Assembly (NCBI RefSeq): GCF_016462705.1
Contig: NZ_JAEMSS010000001.1
Location: forward strand, 241 to 64,240
DNA: 64,000 nucleotides
Direction: 5' to 3'
Source: Nocardioides sp.
GTDB taxonomy: Bacteria; Actinomycetota; Actinomycetes; Propionibacteriales; Nocardioidaceae
The translations under genes were made by a program, and so were the position numbers. Below are positions 40,201 to 46,896 of this stretch, piece by piece. The first letter of the stretch is position 1; every line of letters starts with the position of its first letter. The notes under the pieces are model-generated. The model had not been told where the DNA came from and ran no database searches. It saw only the letters and a list, made by a program, of their open reading frames with translations.

Positions 40201-41145
40201 CCGGACGCGCAGCCGGTGCTCGCCGGGCGCCAGCCCGCTGAGCTGGAGCGGGCTCGCGCAGGTCGACCAGTCGGCGTCGTCCAGGGAGCACTCGAAGGTC
40301 GACGCCGCCTCCGAGGACTCGAAGGCGAACGTCGCCGTCCCCAGGTCCGTCTCGGCAGCGGGGCCGGCGGTGATCGTGGTCTCGGGCGCCGTGCGGTCCT
40401 GGTCGTGGGCCGGCACCGCCGTTGCGGGCAACGAGCGGCTACCCACGTTTCCGACGGTGTCGACGGCCTGGATCACGTAGGCGTACGTCATCCCGTTGGT
40501 CAGCCCGGTGTCGGTGTACGTCGACACGCCCGCCCCGAGCCTGGCGACCTCCTGGTAGGCACCGTTGCCGGTGGCGCGCAGCACGCACTGGGTGGCGACG
40601 TCGGTCGAGACCGACGGTGTCCACGAGAGGGTCACGGCACCGCCGGTGTCCCCAGCCACGTCGACGGCCGTGAGCCCGGTCGGAGCGGTGGGGGCGGTGG
40701 CGTCGCGACGCTCGGTGATCGCGGGCACGACGACTGCTCGTCCGCGGCGCCAGGGCTCGCCGTACTTGGTGATCACGAAGCGGTTCACGGCGTTCTGCTT
40801 CAGCTTCACGCTGACCGTCCACGCCTTCTTCTTGCCCAGCTGCACCGAGCCGGCCCGCTTCTCGTTCCGGTCGCGGTTGCCGTTGCCGTTGGCGTCCTTC
40901 CAGACGAACACGGTCGACCGGGCCGGCGCCGTGCCCGTCAGGGCGAACCGCGCCGCGTCCACGGTCACCGGGCCGGAGGGCGAGGTGACCCGGATGGGTC
41001 CGGTCGCCGGCGCCGTCGCGGCCGCGGTGGTGCACCCGCCGGCTCCAGCGCCCGCGGGCGCGGCCCATGCCCCGCCGGGCAGGGTGACCGTCGGGACGAG
41101 CAGGACGGCGGTAGCCGCCGCGAGCGCGCCACTGGTTCGCTTCAT
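34261..41145 (-). CDS. Secreted teneurin-like Rhs/YD-repeat protein, 2294 aa (signal peptide, Ig/FN3 domains, TTR-like, insertion, FN-plug, NHL propeller, YD shell, Rhs core, 171-aa C-terminal cargo)
   Basis: RBS GAAGGA then ATG 41145; GVVRGRVL..DGEPLSGVSVS...TRADGGYDLVVNGGG; WNGKDAYGR; GLGGWTL; NHL repeats (GDGGPATAAKL.SP.GVA..PDG.VYVAD); many YD motifs; RDYEPGTGRWTTRDP...DPVGHVDPSGL. Confidence 0.92.
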   Translation of the reverse strand: MKRTSGALAAATAVLLVPTVTLPGGAWAAPAGAGAGGCTTAAATAPATGPIRVTSPSGPVTVDAARFALTGTAPARSTVFVWKDANGNGNRDRNEKRAGSVQLGKKKAWTVSVKLKQNAVNRFVITKYGEPWRRGRAVVVPAITERRDATAPTAPTGLTAVDVAGDTGGAVTLSWTPSVSTDVATQCVLRATGNGAYQEVARLGAGVSTYTDTGLTNGMTYAYVIQAVDTVGNVGSRSLPATAVPAHDQDRTAPETTITAGPAAETDLGTATFAFESSEAASTFECSLDDADWSTCASPLQLSGLAPGEHRLRVRATDAAGNADASPASYEWTVTEAPDGLPADPSTVASTVDPSVPTTVAESTAFLYEGPDPIQEGVADGAIDAHRAGVVRGRVLGGDGEPLSGVSVSIKDHPDLGHTLTRADGGYDLVVNGGGELVVSFEADGHAPAQREVAPGWNDYVVLDDLVLVAYDTRVTEIDFTEPVEVAQGSPVTDGSGTRQATLLFDQGTEAEMVLPDGSTQALDAVHVRATEFTVGDHGPEAMPGELPAMSGYTYAAEYSIDEAVAADATTVTFSKPVVNYTDNFLGFPVGTPVPTGYYDREKAAWVPSADGRVVKVLATDGGKAVLDVEGKGAAATPAALSALGIDDTELETLAGLYTAGQSLWRVSMSHFTPWDHNWAFEPPATAQAPQLPQLVEDGDFMCKNTLSGSIVGCDDLTLGERLAVAGTDRELAYQSERVPGRANRVVRVPITGATVPAGLKAAEMVVEVAGQRWLASWNNPGPNVVTNAGWNGKDAYGREVQGAQLMTIWVGYTYDGVYKTARGGGSSFGSAGVDAITGSRTREEVTLWSMQQVPVGGIDARAAGLGGWTLSGAHAYDPLARELVRGDGTRQGGDDVASVIRTVAGVGTPNGFAGDGGPATAAKLASPTGVATAPDGTVYVADTLNQRVRRIDPSGVITTVAGTGTQGTTGDEGPATQAQISAPNDVAVGPDGTLYIATSYSVRSVSPDGVIHTVAGTPNTVGYSGDNVPAKGAALNHVVGVDVAADGTLYIADSRNCLIRSVAPDGIIRTVAGVAPPAADNTARCGNQRTEGASAVKSLLGFVGDVTAMPDGSLLIADTSNDRIRRVATDGSLRTVVGAGNGGDGADAVSAKIWSPQSIAVLPEGGFLFTENGVLGASWKLRMVGADGSIRTLAGGTTRAYGGDGGPASRATFAGPKGVTVAADGRIYVVDSGSARVRMIAPALPGTSTGALAIPSSDGAELYQFEQGRHVRTVDTITGATRARIAYDAAGRIASITDGDGDATRVERDGAGRPTAVVAPGGQRTALTSDAAGYLASVTAPGSEPTQLTSTPTGLLETLTEPGGGVHRFTYSPSGLLQRDEGPDGVSTTLTRTVGHSEQTVTATSTLGRTATYRTERLPGGATRRTVTAGTGDKVVGTIAADGTRTVVEPDGTTVVRTLGPDPRFGMSAPIVTAETVTTPGGRKVVSSATATAELDDPLNPLSLRTLTRTVTLNGQTSTSVIDVPARSVTTTSPEGRVTKAGFDDGGRVVRVEPGADVLPVVRSYDEHGRLDHVEQGDREVDLEYDALNRLVGIDSADGLTRFGYDDADRVVSVTLPDDSVTRFGHDADGNVTSVTRPGGRVHRIGYDDGDRVASDDPAGAGEWATSYDKDGLPVTVSRPGAATTLGYDDAGRLVSGTESLGSTSFAHGGPGGATSRTAADPGGGPAQVRSFGYDGPLLTSTDVTGPAEAAWTYSYDANLLPVDVKLTSGADTVAIPYAYDKDLAMTKAGPFTIGRDSRGAATSFGDGTGSLAYGYDGYGALDALALTVAGEEAYSSELVTDTAGTVAERVEVVAGDEEAVEYDYDPLGRLTEVRRDGTVVETYDYDVDGRRTSAVRNGQSVGYDYDDADRLVKAGTVAYGYTDDGSLSTRGPDTFGYGYDGRLVTATVGGTTVSYGYDAEGRRTTRRDAGGTTQYLYGSMSSPFRLSAVRGPDGVLTTLWYDDHGRLASFERGGKRFYVATDQVGSPRVVTDAAGTVVKTVRYDAFGQVLADSAPGFEVPLGFAGGIPDAVTGLVRFGMRDYEPGTGRWTTRDPIGLGGGQTDLYAYVGQDPVGHVDPSGLSEEDYSEASELSVEITDKTAWDRVKDATSWLTEQAEKQVISRAKKMLKIGPVSIDTDNNAMSVGTSQKVQVNGTDVLEVSANCSLGISPNESEDPYENIYDDTLDWKVKLSTTIPILKKIPFFGKDLKLGEEYEGSVNANDYFGGFFQNGNLARAREAGGIDAPTGSQGGN

Positions 41146-41418
41146 GAGGATTCCTTCCGGATGAACAGGTGTGTGCCTCTGTTCTCCCGGACCGTGCTTG
41201 TCTCCGGCTTGCAGCCGACTGGTATCTCCGGCGCCGGTCGTCTTAAGTCGCTCGCAAGTAGCACCCGGTCGTGGCTCGGCCGCTGTCGTGGGCCGCGGCG
41301 TGGGCCGCCGGCGCGGGCGACGACCGGCCCTGGTCGCCGTCCACTGGTTCTGGTGACTCCACCGACGGTCCATCACCGGGCCGGGTGCTCCTAGACTGCA
41401 GCCGGCCGACAGTGCGAC

Positions 41419-42201
41419 ATGGGGGTTCGAGTGCAGACGCCGAGCGGCGTGGGCTTCTACTCCAAGGGCCCCATCACGCCTTCCGACGCCCAGACGATCC
41501 TGGACGCCGCGGCCGTGCTGCAGCTGCGCCGCGCCGAGCTGGCGGCGGCCGTCGCCAAGGGTCCGGTGCCGGGCGTCGAGATCCCCGGTATCGGCTCGGT
41601 CGCCTACAACCGCTGGATGGGCCTCGAGGTCCACCGGTGGCGCGAGCTGCTGTCCGTGCAGCGGACCGGCAAGGTGGACCACCTGCGGATCAGCGTGCCC
41701 AACAACCGACTCGCGGTGGGCAACGGGCTCCGGATGATCAGCGTCTTCGACCGCGACGGGTTGACCGAGGGCGGGCGGACGCTCCTGGCCGCGGAGCAGC
41801 ACGGCACCTACCTGATCAGCGTGGGCTCCGTGCAGATGAAGATCGTGGACCGCAAGTTCGTCGTGCTCCAGGGGCCGGTCATCGACGACGAGCCGACCCT
41901 GATGGCGGTCAGCGAGCCGGTGTGCCTGGCCGCGGCCTGGACCTACTGGCACCGGGTCATGGCCTCGGCCTACCCCGTGGCCGAGGAGCCGCTGCCCGAC
42001 GGCCCGCACCTCTCGCCCCGTCAGCGCCAGGTCATGGCGCTGCTCGCCGGCGACGCGAACGACGCGGCGGTCGCGGCGACGCTCGGCGTCAGCATCCGCA
42101 CCGTCCGCTCCGAGGTCGCGGAGGTCATGCGGATCCTCGGCGTGCGCTCCCGGTTCGCCGCCGGCATCCGCTTCCACGAGATCACCGAGGCCACCCGCTG
42201 A
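41419..42201 (+). CDS. Transcriptional regulator with C-terminal LuxR-type HTH
   Basis: LSPRQRQVMALLAG...VAATLGVSIRTVRSEVA...LGVRSRFAAG. Confidence 0.85.
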   Translation: MGVRVQTPSGVGFYSKGPITPSDAQTILDAAAVLQLRRAELAAAVAKGPVPGVEIPGIGSVAYNRWMGLEVHRWRELLSVQRTGKVDHLRISVPNNRLAVGNGLRMISVFDRDGLTEGGRTLLAAEQHGTYLISVGSVQMKIVDRKFVVLQGPVIDDEPTLMAVSEPVCLAAAWTYWHRVMASAYPVAEEPLPDGPHLSPRQRQVMALLAGDANDAAVAATLGVSIRTVRSEVAEVMRILGVRSRFAAGIRFHEITEATR

Positions 42202-42205
42202 GGTC

Positions 42206-42237
42206 GACCGCGGCGACCGGGACCGGGCGCCGCGGTT
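42206..42237 (+). terminator. Hairpin after the LuxR-type gene
   Basis: ACCGCGGCG...CGCCGCGGT, 9-bp stem just after the stop codon. Confidence 0.45.
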
Positions 42238-42291
42238 GTCGGGCCGAGGCCTCGCCCTCGGGACGGGAGGATCCGTCCTCACCGTCGCGGT

Positions 42292-42309
42292 GTTGCAGGT
42301 TGCTGCAAC
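42292..42309. promoter_or_regulatory. Palindromic operator candidate
   Basis: GTTGCAG-GTTG-CTGCAAC (7-4-7). Confidence 0.45.
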
Positions 42310-42477
42310 CCCGATGCGTGGCGGGGTCGCGTGACATGGGATGCGCGCGAGACGTCACGGGGACGCCTCTGCACCACCGGTGCCACCACGTGCGGAGAAC
42401 CTGGACCAGGAGCACTTTCCGCGTCGCGGTGGCTCTCTCTCGGCGAGGCCGCGTGCCGAACGCTGACCCGGCCCGAT

Positions 42478-42519
42478 GACCAGCGCTCCGGACCGACGAC
42501 CCGGGTCGGAGCGCTGGTC
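42478..42519. terminator. Strong intergenic hairpin
   Basis: Perfect 13-bp stem GACCAGCGCTCCG...CGGAGCGCTGGTC. Confidence 0.55.
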
Positions 42520-42639
42520 GGCCGAGTCCCAGCAGGTTTGGCACTGAGTTGGCACTTCCGCGGGCCCGTGCGGCCCGCTCAGCGGCCCTACTGTGCCCTC
42601 ATCCGACCGCTGCTCCCGGTCCAGATGAGGGGAACCGCC

Positions 42640-43647
42640 ATGACCACCAGCCGCCGACCCAGCTACGCCAACGTGATGTCGACGGTCGCCGTCGTCCTGG
42701 CCCTCACCACCAGCGGCGCGTACGCCGCAGGGATAGGCAAGAACGGCATCAAGGCCAAGCACATCGCCAGCGACGCCGTGCGCGTCCGGCACATCGCCGC
42801 CAACGCGGTGCAAGGCAACGACATCGACACGGGGGCCGTCGGCGCCCGCGCCATCGGTGACGGATCGGTGGGGGCGGCCGAGCTGGCGGCGGACTCCGTG
42901 GGGGGCAGCGAGCTGGCCAACGACTCGGTCGGCAGCGGCGAGCTGGCCGCCGGCTCGGTGGGGGCGAGCGAGCTGGCTGCCGGCTCGGTGGGCTCGAGCG
43001 AGCTGGCCGCGGGGTCCGTCGGCACCTCGGAGATCGAGGACGGGTCCATCACCGGCACGGACGTGGCTCTCGACGCCATCAGCTCGGCCCGGATGACCAC
43101 GGGCGTGCGGCGGCTCCTCTTCGACGCCGGCACGCTGCCGGTGAACCAGACCTTCGGCGACTTCACCGTCAGCAACACCAGCTGGCCGGGCGGCGCACCG
43201 ACCAGCGGTGCCCAGCTGGCCCACACCTGGGACCAGCCCGCCGACGCGGTCGACGTCGTGACGGGCTACGCCCGGGTCGCGTACGAGGCATCATGCTCCG
43301 ACACCAGCGGCACGGCCCGCGGCATCGACGTCAAGATCGTCGACGGCACCGGTCGTGTCATCTCGGCCAGCAGCACGGAACGCTCGGGCGGCGTCAACTA
43401 CAACGGCAACGGCTTCTGGGCCGAGCAGGCCGACCTGCCCGGCGTCATGTTCCGCGCACCCGCCGCGGGAGCACCGGACGCGATGGTCGACTACATCCAC
43501 CTCCCCTTCGAGATGTCGGAGTTCGTGACCGGGGCCTCGTCCGCGTCCCGCACCGTGCGCGTCTACTTCAAGAGCAACAGCGTCAACTGCAGCCCGGAGG
43601 TCACCGGCGCGCGGATCATCGTCTACCGGTACGCCGACCAGAGCTGA
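42640..43647 (+). CDS. Secreted protein with 12 decapeptide repeats and an unknown C-terminal domain
   Basis: RBS GAGGGG; signal PSYANVMSTVAVVLALTTSGAYA; repeats GSVGASELAA. Confidence 0.85.
   Translation: MTTSRRPSYANVMSTVAVVLALTTSGAYAAGIGKNGIKAKHIASDAVRVRHIAANAVQGNDIDTGAVGARAIGDGSVGAAELAADSVGGSELANDSVGSGELAAGSVGASELAAGSVGSSELAAGSVGTSEIEDGSITGTDVALDAISSARMTTGVRRLLFDAGTLPVNQTFGDFTVSNTSWPGGAPTSGAQLAHTWDQPADAVDVVTGYARVAYEASCSDTSGTARGIDVKIVDGTGRVISASSTERSGGVNYNGNGFWAEQADLPGVMFRAPAAGAPDAMVDYIHLPFEMSEFVTGASSASRTVRVYFKSNSVNCSPEVTGARIIVYRYADQS
42742..43101 (+). repeat. 30-bp (10-aa) coding tandem repeat, 12 units
   Basis: NGIKAKHIAS/DAVRVRHIAA/.../GSVGAAELAA/DSVGGSELAN/DSVGSGELAA/GSVGASELAA/GSVGSSELAA/GSVGTSEIED/.../DAISSARMTT. 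Confidence 0.9.
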
Positions 43648-43692
43648 CGCGCCCGCCGCCGGGCGGGTGGGGCACCGACCTATCCTGAGCCG

Positions 43693-44649
43693 GTGCTCGC
43701 CATCACCACACTCCTGGACGAGCGGGCACTGATCTGTCCGCGGTGCGGCGGCACCCTCACGTGCGCCGACGACAGCTGGCGGTGCTCCGAGCCCTCCTGC
43801 CCGCACGCCGAGTCACCGTTCATGGTCGTGTCGGGGACACCGGTGCTCGTCGACTTCGAGCGCAGCGTCCTCTCGGCGGAGGAGATCGCCGCCAGCGGTG
43901 GCGCGTCCCTGGTCGCCCGGCCCGACCGCCCTGGGATCGTGAAGCGGATGCTGCACCCCGCCAACACGCAGGCCCCGCGGATCGCCCAGCGGATGGTCGA
44001 GCTGCTGCTCGCCGACGCCGGCACGACGGGGCGCCGGCCGCGGATCCTGGTCATCGGTGGGGGCACCGTCGGCGACGGTCTCGAGGCGCTGTACGCGGAC
44101 GACCGCGTGGACCTGGTCGCCTTCGACGTCTACGCCAGCGCCAACGTCCAGCTCATCGGGGACGGGCACCAGATCCCGCTCGCCGACGGGGTGATGGACG
44201 GCGTCATCATCCAAGCGGTCCTCGAGCACGTCCTCGAGCCGGTCGTGGTCGTCGGCGAGATCCGACGCGTGCTCCGCGAGGGCGGCGTCGTCTACGCGGA
44301 CACGCCCTTCATGCAGCAGGTCCACGAGGGGCCCTACGACTTCACCCGCTTCAGCGAGTCCGGCCACCGCTACCTGTTCCGCGACTTCGAGCAGGTGGAG
44401 AGCGGACAGGTGGCGGGCGCGGGCACCTCGCTGCGCTGGTCGATCAACTACTTCGTCCGGGCGCTCACGAGGTCGGTCGCGCTCGGCCGGATCGCCGGCC
44501 TCGCGTTCTTCTGGCTCAGCCACCTCGACCGCGTCCTGGACGCCGGCCACTCGCTCGACGGCGCCAACAGCGTCTACTTCCTGGGGCGCAGGGGCGGGCC
44601 GGTGATGACCCCGCCCCAGGTGATCGAGCACTACCGCGGCGGCATGTGA
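43693..44649 (+). CDS. Class I SAM methyltransferase with N-terminal Trm112-like Zn ribbon
   Basis: CPRC...CSEPSC; ILVIGGGTVG; QAVLEHV; PFMQQVHEGPYDFTRF. Confidence 0.85.
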   Translation: MLAITTLLDERALICPRCGGTLTCADDSWRCSEPSCPHAESPFMVVSGTPVLVDFERSVLSAEEIAASGGASLVARPDRPGIVKRMLHPANTQAPRIAQRMVELLLADAGTTGRRPRILVIGGGTVGDGLEALYADDRVDLVAFDVYASANVQLIGDGHQIPLADGVMDGVIIQAVLEHVLEPVVVVGEIRRVLREGGVVYADTPFMQQVHEGPYDFTRFSESGHRYLFRDFEQVESGQVAGAGTSLRWSINYFVRALTRSVALGRIAGLAFFWLSHLDRVLDAGHSLDGANSVYFLGRRGGPVMTPPQVIEHYRGGM

Positions 44650-44659
44650 GGATGCCCCC

Positions 44660-45346
44660 GTGAACGTCGTCGTCCTCACCGGTGCGGGCATCTCCGCCGA
44701 GAGCGGCGTGCCGACGTTCCGCGACGCCGACGGGCTGTGGGAGGGCCACCGGGTCGAGGACGTGGCGACGCCCGAGGCCTACGACCGCGACCCCGCCACG
44801 GTCCAGCGGTTCTACGACGAACGTCGGGCCGCCCTCGCCGCGGTCCAGCCCAACGCCGCGCACCGCGCCCTGGCCCGCCTCGAGCACTGGCTGCACGACG
44901 ACCTGCTCATCGTGACCCAGAACATCGACGACCTCCACGAGCGGGCCGGCTCGAAGCGGGTGCTGCACATGCACGGCGAGCTGCTCTCCGCGCTGTGCGG
45001 CGCCTGCGAGACCCGCACGCCGTGGCACGACGACCTGCACCACGGCCCGGAGTGCCCGCAGTGCGCCGCGGCGGACCTGCGGCCCGACGTCGTCTGGTTC
45101 GGGGAGGTCCCCTACGAGATGGACCGGATCTTCGACGCCCTCGAGGTCTGCGACCTGTTCGTCTCGATCGGCACCTCGGGCGCCGTCTACCCCGCCGCCG
45201 GTTTCGTCCGCGCCGCCCGGGCCTACGGCGCCCGCACCCTGGAGCTCAACCTCCAGCCGAGCGAGGGCAGCCTGTTCTTCCACGAGTCGAGACAGGGGCC
45301 GGCCAGCGAGCTCGTGCCGGCCTGGGTGGACGACCTGCTCTCCTGA
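44660..45346 (+). CDS. cobB: NAD-dependent protein deacylase (class III sirtuin)
   Basis: GAGISAESGVPTFR, YDERR, TQNIDDLHERAG, HMHGEL, RPDVVWFGE, GTSGAVYPAA. Confidence 0.95.
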   Translation: MNVVVLTGAGISAESGVPTFRDADGLWEGHRVEDVATPEAYDRDPATVQRFYDERRAALAAVQPNAAHRALARLEHWLHDDLLIVTQNIDDLHERAGSKRVLHMHGELLSALCGACETRTPWHDDLHHGPECPQCAAADLRPDVVWFGEVPYEMDRIFDALEVCDLFVSIGTSGAVYPAAGFVRAARAYGARTLELNLQPSEGSLFFHESRQGPASELVPAWVDDLLS

Positions 45347-45364
45347 CCGGGTTAGCGTGCGGGC

Positions 45365-45925
45365 ATGAAGCAGGTGCTGACGGTCCTCGTCCTCCTCACC
45401 GTCGCGCTCGGCCCGGGGGGCGCTCCGGCCGCGGCCGACGAGCGCGGCGTACCCAGCCGGAGCGAGTGGCTCAAGGACGTCAAGCAGGCGCTGAAGGGCT
45501 CGGGCGACCACCTGCGGGAGCGGGCCGAGTCGGGCGAGACCGGCCTGGCGGTCAACCTCGACATCGACAACTCCTCGATCGCCTCCTACTACGACGGTGA
45601 CGACGCGGGCGCGATCCCGCGGGTCCTCAGGCTCGCCGCCGTCGCCGACGAGCTGGGCGTGGCCCTGGTGTTCAACACCGGCCGCACCAACGCGCAGCGG
45701 ACCCGCACCCTCGACCAGCTCGAGGCGGCCGGCTACGACGTCGCCGCCCTCTGCATGCGCAAGAAGGGCGAGGCGATCCCCCACGGCAAGCAGCGCTGCC
45801 GGGACCGGTTCATCGCCCAGGGCTACACGCTCGTCGCCAACATCGGCAACAACCCGACGGACTTCACCGGCGACGGCTACGAGAAGGCCTACCGGCTGCC
45901 GAACTACGGCGGCGAGCTCGGCTGA
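45365..45925 (+). CDS. Secreted HAD-family acid phosphatase-like protein
   Basis: Signal peptide; LDIDNS; NTGR; ANIGNNPTDF; LPNY. Confidence 0.82.
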   Translation: MKQVLTVLVLLTVALGPGGAPAAADERGVPSRSEWLKDVKQALKGSGDHLRERAESGETGLAVNLDIDNSSIASYYDGDDAGAIPRVLRLAAVADELGVALVFNTGRTNAQRTRTLDQLEAAGYDVAALCMRKKGEAIPHGKQRCRDRFIAQGYTLVANIGNNPTDFTGDGYEKAYRLPNYGGELG

Positions 45926-46031
45926 ACACCCCGCGAGCTTCGGGGGCGCTCTCGCTTCGCTCGATTCAAGCGCCCGTGAATTCTGGTCGCCGTTCTGATG
46001 GACTTCGGCCGCTGTCGGTGCCTGGCGGCTA

Positions 46032-46796
46032 TCAGCCAGCGATTCGGGCCCGCATGATCGCCTCGAGCCGGTCGACGTCGTCCGCCAGCCCGATCCTGGG
46101 CGCGAAGCCGCGCACCGCCTCGATGAACATCTCCCCGGACGCGATGATCCGCGGGTCCATGTGCCCGAAGACCTCGAGCGCCACCACCCCGTAGAGCACA
46201 GTCCAGCCCTGCATGAAGAGCCACGCCAGGCCGCGGTCCTCGGGAGCGATGTCGTCGAGCTTGGCGGGGATGACCGGGTCGAGCACGGCCTCACGGACCG
46301 ACGGGGGCAGCTCGTCGAGCGCCGGGATCGGGTGGTGGTTGTGCTCCCAGAGCGCCCGCATCTGGCCGGTCATGTGCCGCCCGGACGAGGCGAGCGTGAG
46401 CATCTCCTCGCGGCGCAGGCAGCTGGCGTCGGCCACCGGGTTGGCGAACACCAGCCCGAACTCCCGCGGGTTGGCCAGCGCCCACATCCGGAACTCGGTG
46501 ACCGAGGCGACCAGCCGCCCCGCGAAGTCGTCCTCGGGGAGCGCGTCGGCGGCGGCGGCGAAGGTCAGCGTCGCGGCCTTGTCGATCTCGAACGCGACCA
46601 GGTCCACCAGCTCCTGGTAGCTCGCGACGTAGCGGTACAGAGCCGGTGCGGTCAGTCCCATCTTCGTGGCGACCGCGCGCAGGGACAGCTCGGCGCCCTC
46701 GGCGAGGAGGTCCCGGGACGCGGCGACGATCTCGTCGTACGTCGCCTCGCGCTGACGTTCGCGCCTGGACTGGGCGGGGGTCCCGACCTGTGTCAC
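46032..46796 (-). CDS. TetR-family regulator (WHG-type C-terminus)
   Basis: SLRAVA..MGLTAPALYRY; WALANPREFGLVF; WTVLYGVVALEVFGH. Confidence 0.9.
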   Translation of the reverse strand: MTQVGTPAQSRRERQREATYDEIVAASRDLLAEGAELSLRAVATKMGLTAPALYRYVASYQELVDLVAFEIDKAATLTFAAAADALPEDDFAGRLVASVTEFRMWALANPREFGLVFANPVADASCLRREEMLTLASSGRHMTGQMRALWEHNHHPIPALDELPPSVREAVLDPVIPAKLDDIAPEDRGLAWLFMQGWTVLYGVVALEVFGHMDPRIIASGEMFIEAVRGFAPRIGLADDVDRLEAIMRARIAG

Positions 46797-46815
46797 ACAT
46801 TCCTCCCGGGGGTGG

Positions 46816-46858
46816 TTGACACCCGCAGTTTACACCGTTTACCGTAAACGCCGTTCAC
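46816..46858 (+). promoter_or_regulatory. Promoter and TetR operators for the MMPL gene
   Basis: TTGACA at 46816; tandem GTTTACACCGTTTAC (46828-46842) and GTAAACGCCGTTCAC (46844-46858). Confidence 0.65.
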
Positions 46859-46896
46859 TTACTTTACATGCATCACCCGAGTTGTGGGGAGTCACC

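Noticed and set aside
41260-41389. 9-bp inverted repeat AGCACCCGG/CCGGGTGCT as MITE ends
   Set aside because: Too short for significance at this GC content, and no target-site duplication seen.
34795-41394. 2199-aa ORF antisense to the teneurin-like gene, and similar long shadow ORFs (18984-22193, 53800-57609, 2322-4895)
   Set aside because: Expected stop-poor antisense frames in very high-GC coding DNA; no recognisable motifs, and the opposite strand holds the real genes.
41146-42282. 379-aa N-terminal extension of the 2673-aa ORF
   Set aside because: It overlaps the LuxR gene on the other strand; the RBS and signal peptide place the start at 41145.
42538-42554. Sigma-54-like TGGCAC...GC (GG-N10-GC) element or CIRCE half-site
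   Set aside because: Actinobacteria generally lack sigma-54, and the second CIRCE arm is absent; better explained as a direct repeat.
42862-43040. 30-bp repeats as a possible CRISPR array
   Set aside because: No spacers, in-frame coding repeats, and no cas genes.
44660-45346. Sirtuin as an anti-phage SIR2 effector
   Set aside because: Stand-alone CobB with Zn site and YxxR motif; no defence partner genes.
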